A stretch of DNA of 64,000 bases from Candidatus Saccharimonadales bacterium. Lineage in GTDB: Bacteria > Patescibacteriota > Saccharimonadia > Saccharimonadales > UBA4665. The translations under genes were made by a program, and so were the position numbers. The DNA lies in contig DASVOI010000014.1 in NCBI GenBank assembly GCA_036383395.1, forward strand, positions 329 to 64,328, written 5' to 3'. Within the stretch, counting starts at the first letter, position 1, and every line of letters begins with the position of its first letter. Shown here in pieces: positions 11,193-20,015 of this stretch. Below the pieces are notes generated by a model. That model made no database searches, was not told where the DNA came from, and saw only the letters and a program-made list of their open reading frames with translations.

Positions 11193-11617
11193 ATTTGGAA
11201 CTAGTCACGTTAGATGGTGCGAAGTTTAAGGCTGAGGCCTACTCGGTCATCTTGCCAACGGCTGATGGCGAAATCACCGTATTGCCTGGCCATGAGCCAC
11301 TGCTCGCGCAGCTGGTGCCCGGTGTCATTACTATTCGACGCAGCCGCGGCGAGGCTGACTACCACCTGGAGCATTTTGCTACCTACGGGGGTGTGCTCGA
11401 AATCAGCAGCAAGGGCGTGCGTATTTTGGTAGACGAAGCCACTCACGGTGACGAAATCAACGAAGCCGAAGCCAAGAAAGCCCACGAAGCCGCCGTTGCC
11501 CTGCGCAAAGACGCGAAGACGCAAGTGGAGCTGGACAAGGCCCAGGGTTTGGTGGACCGCCACGCGGTACGCCTGCAAGTCGCCGACCTGCGCCGCCGCC
11601 ACGCCCGCCGCAGCTAG
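11189..11617 (+). CDS. atpC: ATP synthase F1 subunit epsilon
   Basis: LPTADGEITVLPGHEPL, GGVLEI and a C-terminal helical hairpin. Confidence 0.96.
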   Translation: MNLELVTLDGAKFKAEAYSVILPTADGEITVLPGHEPLLAQLVPGVITIRRSRGEADYHLEHFATYGGVLEISSKGVRILVDEATHGDEINEAEAKKAHEAAVALRKDAKTQVELDKAQGLVDRHAVRLQVADLRRRHARRS

Positions 11618-11971
11618 TTAGCTGTCGGAGGCGTGCGGCTCGGGCAGCTCGGCTGCCCCGTTTTGCTGCGGTTTCATTTGCTGGACGGTATCGGCCAGCA
11701 GCTCGGAGGCGCCTTGGGCCGCTAGCAACTCCTGCAAGTGCTCGATATCTTCAAAGTGGGCCACTGCCAGCAGCGCTAAGGTAAAACCGTCGAAGGCCGC
11801 CTCTTGGTCCTGTTCCTCTGGAAAATGCGTTTGCAAGAACGGCCGCGCCGCGCGCGCAATGCCGTGGAATCGCTTGTTAATTGCAATCCATCCTTGCTCA
11901 TGCAGTTGTTCGCGGCTCATATGTTTGAGCCACAAGGCTACCGTTGCTGCTGAGGGGTCTGGTTGTTTCAT
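11618..11971 (-). CDS. Hypothetical protein
   Basis: 117-aa ORF with SD GAGGA; its stop abuts the atpC stop. Confidence 0.6.
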   Translation of the reverse strand: MKQPDPSAATVALWLKHMSREQLHEQGWIAINKRFHGIARAARPFLQTHFPEEQDQEAAFDGFTLALLAVAHFEDIEHLQELLAAQGASELLADTVQQMKPQQNGAAELPEPHASDS

Positions 11972-12020
11972 AACGCGTTTCCTCCTACTTTTAGTTTAAC
12001 AACACCACAGATGGTGTTGA

Positions 12021-12036
12021 TGTGTTTTTTGTCACA
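12021..12036. promoter_or_regulatory. Crp/CAP-type box TGTGT-N6-TCACA
   Basis: 9/10 match to TGTGA-N6-TCACA in an AT-rich divergent intergenic region. Confidence 0.65.
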
Positions 12037-12053
12037 CGATATTTGAACCTTAT

Positions 12054-12082
12054 TTGCGAAAGCACCCCTGCGGGCGTATAGT
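12054..12082 (+). promoter_or_regulatory. sigma70 promoter of the carbonic-anhydrase-like gene
   Basis: TTGCGA-17 nt-TATAGT; SD AGGAGG precedes the ATG at 12125. Confidence 0.6.
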
Positions 12083-12124
12083 CGAAAACACAGAAGTAAT
12101 CTCTTATAAGAGGAGGCTTGGTGT

Positions 12125-13081
12125 ATGCAAAAACACCTTGATGACCAGTCGCAAGCCGATTTGGACGAAGTGGTAACCCGGAGCGGCCTTGTGGCGCACC
12201 GTTTGACCGACGACATGTCGTGGGGCGTGGGCGATATCCGCCCTCAGCCGGACCGCGCCAGCCCGGAGGACCAACGGGAGCTGGTGCACGCCGTGATGGA
12301 GCACCTCAAGCCAGTTACGCAGGGCGAAGCCGCTTACTGTACCTGCACCGACGGCCGTCTGCCGATTCGCCTCGTCAGCGGCGAGAGACCCCCGGTGCGC
12401 GAGCAGTTGGTGGGCGCCGACATTGTGAGCGCCTTTTATGTGGCCGAGGCCCTGGGCAAACGCTTTTATGCTGACGCGACAGCGCCGGCAGCTGTGCGCG
12501 TGCTCGATGTCGCCCATTTTTTGCACGAAAACGGCTGGCTGCCCAGCACGCACATGAACTGCGGTGCGGCCAGCGGCTTTTTGGAGATTGTACAGAACAG
12601 CATTCGCTTTAGCCGCAGCCCTAAATACCGCACCCGCCTCAGGATGTTGCTGCCGGAAGGCGTGTACGATCCCGAACTGCAAGAGGACATCATCGCCGAT
12701 ATTCAGGAGCGACTGGACGGCGGCGCGTACAAGGACCTGACCGCCGACACCTTTGTTAGCGCCGTGCGCCAAGTGAGCGGCGACCACGCCATCGTCGAGA
12801 TAAAAGACGATGGCCGCGGCGTAAATGGCCACGTCGAGGAAATGGTGATGCGCATCTTGGTGGATGGCAAGGCGCTATCCACTGTTGATCTGGCCAAAGC
12901 CACCCACGGCCGCCAGGTGTTTGGTGTGAATGACCTCCGTATGGCGCGGCTCGCCCGCTTGTTCGCCCGCGGCAACGACCAGGACTACCGCACCGCGCGT
13001 ATCGCCCTCGAAGATTTTGCCAGCGCCGGCCACGGCACCTTAGCCAAGAACCTGCCCACATACGTCATCACCAACTCGTAA
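12125..13081 (+). CDS. Carbonic anhydrase-like metalloprotein (beta/zeta, CDCA-like)
   Basis: CTDGR (Cys-x-Asp-x-Arg) and HMNCGA (His-x-x-Cys) metal-ligand motifs. Confidence 0.7.
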   Translation: MQKHLDDQSQADLDEVVTRSGLVAHRLTDDMSWGVGDIRPQPDRASPEDQRELVHAVMEHLKPVTQGEAAYCTCTDGRLPIRLVSGERPPVREQLVGADIVSAFYVAEALGKRFYADATAPAAVRVLDVAHFLHENGWLPSTHMNCGAASGFLEIVQNSIRFSRSPKYRTRLRMLLPEGVYDPELQEDIIADIQERLDGGAYKDLTADTFVSAVRQVSGDHAIVEIKDDGRGVNGHVEEMVMRILVDGKALSTVDLAKATHGRQVFGVNDLRMARLARLFARGNDQDYRTARIALEDFASAGHGTLAKNLPTYVITNS

Positions 13082-13144
13082 TGTTTACAAACCCTCCGCT
13101 TTGGTGTTACGCTTGAGGTAATAAGGTAATCTTACGGAGGGAAC

Positions 13145-13810
13145 ATGCTATCAAGAAATAAAATCGCCATGCTCGTGGCTGAGTTTTTGGGTGCCGGTGT
13201 TTTGACCGCTGTGTTTTTGGCAGTCAGCAAGTCCAACATTGGCATTCCGTACTTTGTGGCATTGGGCGTGGGCCTGACCCTCGCGGCCCTGGTCACCATG
13301 TTGGGGCCAGTCTCTGGCGCGCACCTCAACCCGGCAATTACGCTTGGTCTGTGGAGCGCTCGCCGCATTAAGACGTTGCCGGCGCTGACGTACATCGTGG
13401 CCCAGCTGCTCGGCGCCATCTGCGCTTACCTGCTCTACACCTACTTCGTAAACAGCCACTGGCAAAACAGCGGCAAATTCGAAAGCCGCGTGCTGGTCGC
13501 CGAGGCAACTGGCGCCTTTGTGTTCGCCTTGGGTTGGGCGGCAACTGTCTACCAACGGCTAGAAGGCGCCCGTGCGGCCTTTACGATTGGTGCTGCGCTG
13601 ACAATCGGTGCGCTGGTCGCGTCGGTTGGCTCTGGCGGCATTCTGAACCCGGCGGTCGCCCTGGGCGCTCGCAGCTGGGTCTGGGGAACCTACGTGCTTG
13701 GCCCGGTCCTTGGTGCCATTATCGGTTTCAATCTGTATGCGTTACTGTTTGCGCCGGCTGACGCGCTCGTGTCGCCGCTCGACAAGCCAAAGGCTGCCAA
13801 GAAGAAGTAA
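13145..13810 (+). CDS. Aquaporin / MIP family channel
   Basis: SGAHLNPAITL and ILNPAVAL NPA boxes, AEFLG and AEATG; six TM helices. Confidence 0.95.
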   Translation: MLSRNKIAMLVAEFLGAGVLTAVFLAVSKSNIGIPYFVALGVGLTLAALVTMLGPVSGAHLNPAITLGLWSARRIKTLPALTYIVAQLLGAICAYLLYTYFVNSHWQNSGKFESRVLVAEATGAFVFALGWAATVYQRLEGARAAFTIGAALTIGALVASVGSGGILNPAVALGARSWVWGTYVLGPVLGAIIGFNLYALLFAPADALVSPLDKPKAAKKK

Positions 13811-13832
13811 GGCGTTCCTTACGGCGAATTTG

Positions 13833-13862
13833 CACCGGCTCCACCAGCGAGCCGGTGTTTTT
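13833..13862 (+). terminator. Intrinsic terminator after the aquaporin gene
   Basis: CACCGGCTC-7 nt-GAGCCGGTG followed by T5. Confidence 0.85.
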
Positions 13863-13981
13863 CCACAAGATCAGCTAGAAAGTGATACAAAAAGCGAAAT
13901 TGTTTACGTTTTTTGCTTGCAATCTGTTTGTTAACGCGGTATCTTGCTTCTAGAACTTATTTTTCGTGGGGTGATTCGACC

Positions 13982-15271
13982 GTGTTTCTGTTCCTGTTGT
14001 CAGTTGTATTGCTTGTGATGGTACTCGCGAGGGTTGGGATTTTCATCACGTTTTCGCTATTGCATCATCATCGGCACCGCCGCCATCACCCCAAGGAGCT
14101 CTCGAATAATCCGCTCGTCTCTATTTTGATACCGGCTTACAACGAAGGTCTGACGTTGGAAAACTGCGTGGTCAGCCTGTTCCAGCAGGATTATACAAAC
14201 TACGAGATTATTATCATTAACGACGGCAGCACCGACGATACCGAGAAGATCGCCTGGAAGTTACATGACCGCTACGAGCATTACAAAATCCGGGTGTATT
14301 CCCAGCCTAACGGCGGCAAGGCCTCGGCGCTGAACTTGGGCATCGCGAAGGCCAAAGGGCAGATTATTATCAGTATGGACGCCGACTCCATGTTTTTGCC
14401 GGATGCTATTCGCCAGCTGGTGCTCTCTTTTCATGACCCGGAAGTGGCGGCAGTGGGCGGCAACGTGCGCGTGGCAAACGGCGGCAAGCTGCTGCCGATG
14501 CACCAGGCCATCGAGTACATCACCGGACTGGCTATCCAGCGCTGCGCATTTGCCTACATGGGTTGCATGCAGGTGATTTCTGGCGCTATCGGCGCGTTCC
14601 GCACCGACGCCCTGCGCGAAGTCGGCGGCTACTCCAAAGATACCATCGTAGAAGACATGGATATCACCGTAACCTTGGCTCGCAAGGGCTACCGCGTAAT
14701 CTATAACCGCCACGCTATCGCCTACACCGAAGCGCCGGAGTCGCTGCGGGCATTCATGAAGCAGCGCTACCGTTGGGTATATGGCGGTTTTCAGGTGGCA
14801 GCCAAACACCGCGATCTCTTTATGAAGCGCCATTATCGCCGCATGGGCACGGTTGGCATCCCGTACTTTATGATTTTCCCATGGGTGGATGTGGTGGTCT
14901 CGGCCATTTTGCTGTATGGGTACGGCGCGGTGATTGCCGGCGGCAATCCGCAGGGGCTTATTGAGTTTTACTTGGCGCTCACCACCCTTCAGATCTCGCT
15001 GATGCTCTATGCGCTAGTCATCGACAAGCAGAGCAAGTGGCTGTCGTTGCTAGCCTTTATTTACGGGTTGTTCTACAGCTTTGTGATCAGTTATGTCACG
15101 GTGAAAGCGGGCGTAAATTACCTGCGCGGCCGCGGCCCGAGCTGGAACAAACTGCAGCGCTATGGCAAGAATTCGCTGCCGCAACCTTTCATGCAGCCGA
15201 CCGCTGCCGCCGCTCAACCGGCCGAAGAAGTGCCAGAAGGCGCGCTGCCCGAGGCTGCCAATGCCGAATAA
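13982..15271 (+). CDS. Processive GT2 glycosyltransferase (cellulose synthase/PgaC/IcaA-like)
   Basis: PAYNE, NDGSTD, DADS, VEDMD and KQRYRW (D,D,D,QxxRW) with flanking TM helices. GTG start at 13982 follows GGGGTG and a TTGCAA-17-TATCTT promoter; ORF track starts at 13913. Confidence 0.9.
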   Translation: MFLFLLSVVLLVMVLARVGIFITFSLLHHHRHRRHHPKELSNNPLVSILIPAYNEGLTLENCVVSLFQQDYTNYEIIIINDGSTDDTEKIAWKLHDRYEHYKIRVYSQPNGGKASALNLGIAKAKGQIIISMDADSMFLPDAIRQLVLSFHDPEVAAVGGNVRVANGGKLLPMHQAIEYITGLAIQRCAFAYMGCMQVISGAIGAFRTDALREVGGYSKDTIVEDMDITVTLARKGYRVIYNRHAIAYTEAPESLRAFMKQRYRWVYGGFQVAAKHRDLFMKRHYRRMGTVGIPYFMIFPWVDVVVSAILLYGYGAVIAGGNPQGLIEFYLALTTLQISLMLYALVIDKQSKWLSLLAFIYGLFYSFVISYVTVKAGVNYLRGRGPSWNKLQRYGKNSLPQPFMQPTAAAAQPAEEVPEGALPEAANAE

Positions 15272-16511
15272 CACCCAAGCCCGCAGTCCATTTGGTAAAC
15301 TAATAGATATGATGCAGTATAAAGTGGGGCGCCGGGTTAAACAGCGCAAGTGGCAGCTCGTTCTGACTGGCGTTTCTATTGGACTGGTGTTTACGTTTGG
15401 GGCACTCCTGAGCATACACTTGGTTTTCCAAAGCAAGCCCACACCAACGACTGGCGTCAACGGCGCTAAAACAATTGCCTTGCCCCTCAAGAAACAGCCT
15501 ATGCATGACGGATTAGAACTCAGTGTCGACCCCTCCCTGCGCAAGCTCGCCGAGTACGAAAAAGCGTACGGCGGTGCGGTTGCTTCGCGGGTGATGGTGT
15601 TTGCCAGCCTGCCGGCAAACAGCCAGGACGCCGCCGGCGATGCCATGGATATGTCGACCAAGTTGCAGGAATTCGCCAAGTACCGCATCCAGCCGTTGGT
15701 TATCATGGAGCCAACCGTTAATGGCAGTTCTATTAACGTCAGCGATTTTGCCGCCGGCAAGTACGACGCGTCGCTCACCGAGTACTTTACTGCCCTGAAG
15801 AACCACGGCATCACCGACGCCATGATGGGTGTCTGGGTGCATTTCCCCGAAGACAACATCCCCGAGTGGGGCAACACCGACGCTGGCATGTTCCAGACCA
15901 ACGTGGTCAAAGCGGCGCGCATCCAAAAAAGCGTTTTCCCGAACAGCCAGATTTCTATTCTGCTGAACAGCGAGAGCTTCCGAAGCGACGACGTGGAGCG
16001 CAACTACGGTACGTTCTCTAGCCTGCTGCCGTATGTGCGCGGCTTGCCGAAAGGGCTGTTTAGCAGCTTCGGTCTGCAGGGTTTCCCCTGGATCAGCGCC
16101 GCCGACGACAAAGAGCAGAATAAGCTGCTAAGCCCGGCACAATATCTCAACGCCAACTTGGCGCGCGAGGCGGCCAAGTCGCTTGGCGTAAAGGACATTT
16201 GGCTCAACACGGGTACGTTTTATCAAATGTACACGCAAACGGCGTCGCGCACGGTAACGTTTACTCCGGCGCAGCGCCAGACATTATTAAACGGCGTGCT
16301 GGCGCAGATGAAGGTGGCCCAGGGCGGCGGCTACCACGTATCTATTAACCTCTTTAGCTTTAATGGTTCGGCTACGGGCGAAGAGACCGACTGGTCGTAC
16401 TGGCACACCGGCCAAACGCCGGCCCAGGCGCCGGCTACAGCGGTATTTAAGTCGTTCGCCGAGCAGGTATATGAAAACGGCGGGCAGCTGTGGCTGTTCG
16501 ACTCGGACTAG
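15261..16511 (+). CDS. Membrane-anchored glycoside-hydrolase-like (GH26/clan GH-A TIM barrel) protein
   Basis: N-terminal TM; PLVIMEP, AGKYD, FPEDNIPEW and FGLQGF resemble GH26 segments; overlaps the GT2 stop. Confidence 0.55.
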   Translation: MPNNTQARSPFGKLIDMMQYKVGRRVKQRKWQLVLTGVSIGLVFTFGALLSIHLVFQSKPTPTTGVNGAKTIALPLKKQPMHDGLELSVDPSLRKLAEYEKAYGGAVASRVMVFASLPANSQDAAGDAMDMSTKLQEFAKYRIQPLVIMEPTVNGSSINVSDFAAGKYDASLTEYFTALKNHGITDAMMGVWVHFPEDNIPEWGNTDAGMFQTNVVKAARIQKSVFPNSQISILLNSESFRSDDVERNYGTFSSLLPYVRGLPKGLFSSFGLQGFPWISAADDKEQNKLLSPAQYLNANLAREAAKSLGVKDIWLNTGTFYQMYTQTASRTVTFTPAQRQTLLNGVLAQMKVAQGGGYHVSINLFSFNGSATGEETDWSYWHTGQTPAQAPATAVFKSFAEQVYENGGQLWLFDSD

Positions 16512-16522
16512 GAGGTTCGCCT

Positions 16523-16735
16523 ATGCATCTTTTGCTCTTGTTGCTGCCCTTGCCGGCCCTCGCTTTTTATCTGTGGATGTTTTGGGACATGGCCAATAAT
16601 CCGGACATCCCAGCCGATGCTCGTGGGACCCTGGGCTGGCCGCCGGCTTCACGCATGCATTGGGCGGTGCTGTTTGTGGTGCTGAATATTGTGGCGGCGG
16701 TTATCTACTTCACCACAGTCTACAAAGATGAGTAG
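16523..16735 (+). CDS. Small two-TM membrane protein (PLDc_N-like)
   Basis: SD AGGAGG; FYLWMFWDM...W..LFVVLNIVAAVIYF pattern. Confidence 0.65.
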   Translation: MHLLLLLLPLPALAFYLWMFWDMANNPDIPADARGTLGWPPASRMHWAVLFVVLNIVAAVIYFTTVYKDE

Positions 16736-16753
16736 CCCCAGGAGGTCTACCAC

Positions 16754-16782
16754 TTGATTATTTATTATTCTTGTGTTATAAT
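16754..16782 (+). promoter_or_regulatory. Strong sigma70 promoter of the GT2-GT4/flippase operon
   Basis: TTGATT-17 nt-TATAAT with an extended TG. Confidence 0.75.
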
Positions 16783-16798
16783 TTGATTGAACAAAAGC

Positions 16799-16825
16799 AA
16801 GCGGGGGTTATGCCCTGCTTTTTGT
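16799..16825 (+). terminator. Terminator-like hairpin downstream of the promoter
   Basis: AAGCGGGG-6 nt-CCCTGCTT (one G-U pair) running into a TTTTT tract. Confidence 0.6.
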
Positions 16826-16853
16826 ATAGAGGCGCCGACTGGACGGGGCGGAT

Positions 16854-18734
16854 ATGAAAAAAATCACCGTAGTCATTCCCTGCTATAACGAAGAAAACGG
16901 CATCGCTGCCGTTATTCGGTCTTTCCCGCGCACCAACCTGCGCCGCCACGGCTATACACTCGAAGTTTTAGTAGTAGATAACAATTCAAAAGACCGCACG
17001 GCCGAAGTTGCCCGCAAGGCTGGCGCCCGCGTCATCCACGAACCTCGCCAAGGCAAAGGCAATGCCATCCGCACTGGCTTTTACAGCATTAGCGACGACA
17101 CCGACTATGTGGTGATGTGCGACGGCGACGACACCTACAAGGCGCACGAGATTCTGCGCCTGGTCGAGCCGCTGGATAGCGGCTTCTGCGATGTCGTTAT
17201 TGGCTCGCGTTTGAGCGGCAAGATTGCCAAAGGCTCGATGAAGGGTTTCAACCGCATTGGCAACTGGGGCTTTTCGTTTTTGGTGCGCTATGTATACGGC
17301 GTGAACGTGACCGACACGCTGACCGGCTACTTTGCCTGGAAGCGCGAAGTGGTGCAGCAGCTGCGCCAGCACCTTGAGTCCGGCGGCTTCTCTATCGAAA
17401 TGGAGATGATCACGCGCATGGCACGCATGGGCTTCGAGATGTACTCGGTGCCGATTACGTACGAGCCGCGCCTTGGCGAATCCAGCTTGCGCCCAGTGCA
17501 CGACGGCGTGCGTATCCTGCGCGAATTTGTGCGGCAGCTGCGCTGGCGCCCGCCCATGGAACGCGTGGCGTTTGTGAGCGATGCCGTCTGGCCCTACAAC
17601 AAGGGCGGCAAAGAGAAGCGTCTGCACGAAATCACCCGCCGGCTGGTCAAAGAAGGCCGCCAGGTAGATATTTACACCATGAAATGGTGGGATCAGCCGC
17701 AAAACACCGTAATTACCGAAGATGGCGTCTACCTGCACGCCGTGAGCCACTACCGACCGCTGTATAAGGGCGAGCGCCGCTCGATCACCCAGGCGTTGCT
17801 GTTTAGTGCCGGTTGCCTGCGGCTGGTATTCCGCAACTTCGACGTGATCGACGTCGACAGCATGCCGTTCTTCCCGCTGTTTGCCGTGCGCTTGGCCTGC
17901 TGGTTGCGCTTCAAGAAGATGCACGCTACTTGGCACGAAGTGTGGGGCACCGATTATTGGCGCCACTACCTCGGTGGTTTGGGCGGCCGGATTGGCGCCT
18001 TCACCGAATGGCTGGCCATGAAGACGCCGGACGTGGTTATTTCTAATTCGAACCACACCACCAAACGCCTGCTGCAAGCCGGCATGAAGAAGCAGATTGT
18101 AACCGTGCCGCTGGGCGTGGACGTTGAAACGCTTTTTGCCGTGGCACCGCACGAGCACCAGAGCGACATTATCTTCGCTGGCCGCCTGCTGCCCAACAAG
18201 AACGTTGAGCTGCTGGTGCGCGCCGTAAAGCTGGTCAGGCGCACCAAGCCGGATATCCGCTGCCTGATTGTTGGCAACGGCCCGGAGCGCGAGCGCCTGG
18301 AGGCGCTTACGGCCGAGCTCAAGCTCGAGAACAACATCACGTTTTTCAACTTCCTTGAAGACCACAACGAACTGTATGCGCTAATGAAGTCATCGAAGAT
18401 GTTCGTGCTGCCGTCGGTCCGCGAAGGGTTTAGCCTGGTATCGATCGAGGCCAATGCTTGCGGCCTGCCGGTAATTACTACCAGCCACGAGCACAACGCC
18501 GCGCGCGAGTTGATTATTGAAGGCCGCAACGGCTATTTAACCGACCTCGAAGTGAAGCACTTGGCAGCTCAGATTCGTATGGTCCTGCGCGCGAATGGCT
18601 TAGCCCCGCTTGAGGCGGTGGAACAGGACTTTGGCACCTACCGCTGGAGCCACGCCGCCGCTGCGGTTGAGCAGCTGATGGCCGGCAAGCAGCAGCAGCG
18701 CCCGGCGCATGCTGGCGCTGGCAAGGAGGCCTAA
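16854..18734 (+). CDS. GT2 (DPM1-like polyprenol-phosphate glycosyltransferase) - GT4 fusion
   Basis: VIPCYNEE, VDNNSKDRT and MCDGDDTY, then GGKEKR, FAGRLLPNKN and EGFSLVSIEANACG. Confidence 0.9.
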   Translation: MKKITVVIPCYNEENGIAAVIRSFPRTNLRRHGYTLEVLVVDNNSKDRTAEVARKAGARVIHEPRQGKGNAIRTGFYSISDDTDYVVMCDGDDTYKAHEILRLVEPLDSGFCDVVIGSRLSGKIAKGSMKGFNRIGNWGFSFLVRYVYGVNVTDTLTGYFAWKREVVQQLRQHLESGGFSIEMEMITRMARMGFEMYSVPITYEPRLGESSLRPVHDGVRILREFVRQLRWRPPMERVAFVSDAVWPYNKGGKEKRLHEITRRLVKEGRQVDIYTMKWWDQPQNTVITEDGVYLHAVSHYRPLYKGERRSITQALLFSAGCLRLVFRNFDVIDVDSMPFFPLFAVRLACWLRFKKMHATWHEVWGTDYWRHYLGGLGGRIGAFTEWLAMKTPDVVISNSNHTTKRLLQAGMKKQIVTVPLGVDVETLFAVAPHEHQSDIIFAGRLLPNKNVELLVRAVKLVRRTKPDIRCLIVGNGPERERLEALTAELKLENNITFFNFLEDHNELYALMKSSKMFVLPSVREGFSLVSIEANACGLPVITTSHEHNAARELIIEGRNGYLTDLEVKHLAAQIRMVLRANGLAPLEAVEQDFGTYRWSHAAAAVEQLMAGKQQQRPAHAGAGKEA

Positions 18735-20015
18735 ATGGGCTTGCTGCAGCGGTTGAAGCAGCATGTGCTGCATGACGATTTGCGCCGCAGCTCCACATTG
18801 TTGGTATTGAGCCAAGCGGTGAATGCGGCCGGTGCCTTTCTATTTTGGATGTTATGCGCGCGGCTTTTCCCGGCATCTCAGATCGGGTTAGCCACGGCTT
18901 TCATAAGCTATGGCGCGCTTGTTGCGGCGTTCACCCACCTAGGGCTGCCGGTGACCGTTTTGCGCTTTCTGCCCATGAGCAAGCGCCGCGGCGGATTGTT
19001 CAGTGCTGCTATGCTGCTGGTGACTGTTTGCTCGTTACTGGGCGGCGTGATAGCCTTAGCGGCCATCCGATTGCTGGCGCCCCGCCTTGTATTTGCCCAG
19101 CACGACGCGGGTCTGGCCCTGCTGTTGGTGCTTCTCGTGGCTGTTGGGGCGCTCGCCGGCCTCATGGATAGTGTGCTGACCGCCCTTAAGAAAAGCGGCT
19201 ATGTACTCGGCAAAACAGCGATAGTTACACTGCCGCGTCTGCTGTCAGTATTCACGGTAGCCGGTTTGGGTTTGGGCGGCCTTGTCGGCCTCTATACATT
19301 ATCGTTGCTGGGCGGCGTCGTATTCGCCGCGGTGTTAATTGCGCGCCGGCTGAAGCATTCCGGCTTGCTGTCGCCCGCATTTGGCGAGCTTTATCCTCAC
19401 CGGGCGTTTGCCGCCGCCAACTACTTCGGTAGCATGTTTGGCATTTTGCCCGGAACGCTGGTGCCGCTTATCGTGCTTGCCAAGTTGGGTCCAACACAAG
19501 CAGCGTTTTTTTATATGCCCATGCAGCTGGCGGTATTTTTGGGGATTATCGCAAGTTCCACCTGCCAAGCGCTGCTAGCGGCAGTGGCGCACGACGACAA
19601 TCCGGCCATGTACCGCGCGTATGTGGTGAAGGCGGCCCGGCACTTATACCGTCTGCTGATCCCGGCCGCGCTTTGCATGGTGCTGCTGGGTTGGGTTGTC
19701 TTGCATCTATATGGCGCCGCGTACGCAGCTCATGGCTACGCGCCGCTGCTCATCCTGTGCGCGGCCAGCTTGCTTGTCGGTCTGAACTGGTTGGGCGACG
19801 CCTGGCTGAACATACAGAAGCGCGGCCGCGCGTATTTTCTCATGAATGCTGTCAATGCTTTGGCTGTGGTTGCCGGAGTGTATGCTTTGGCTGGCCGCGG
19901 GCTAGTCGGCGTGGCCGCGGGCTGGCTGTTGGGCCAGACTGTGTCCGCCGCAATATATGTGGCACTCTTTGCGCGTTCTCAGCTGGCGATACTACTGGGC
20001 GTTAAGATTTCCTGA
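18735..20015 (+). CDS. Wzx/MOP-family oligosaccharide flippase
   Basis: About 12 hydrophobic segments; FLFWMLCARLF...IGLA...LG....LRFLP signature; located among GT genes. Confidence 0.85.
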   Translation: MGLLQRLKQHVLHDDLRRSSTLLVLSQAVNAAGAFLFWMLCARLFPASQIGLATAFISYGALVAAFTHLGLPVTVLRFLPMSKRRGGLFSAAMLLVTVCSLLGGVIALAAIRLLAPRLVFAQHDAGLALLLVLLVAVGALAGLMDSVLTALKKSGYVLGKTAIVTLPRLLSVFTVAGLGLGGLVGLYTLSLLGGVVFAAVLIARRLKHSGLLSPAFGELYPHRAFAAANYFGSMFGILPGTLVPLIVLAKLGPTQAAFFYMPMQLAVFLGIIASSTCQALLAAVAHDDNPAMYRAYVVKAARHLYRLLIPAALCMVLLGWVVLHLYGAAYAAHGYAPLLILCAASLLVGLNWLGDAWLNIQKRGRAYFLMNAVNALAVVAGVYALAGRGLVGVAAGWLLGQTVSAAIYVALFARSQLAILLGVKIS

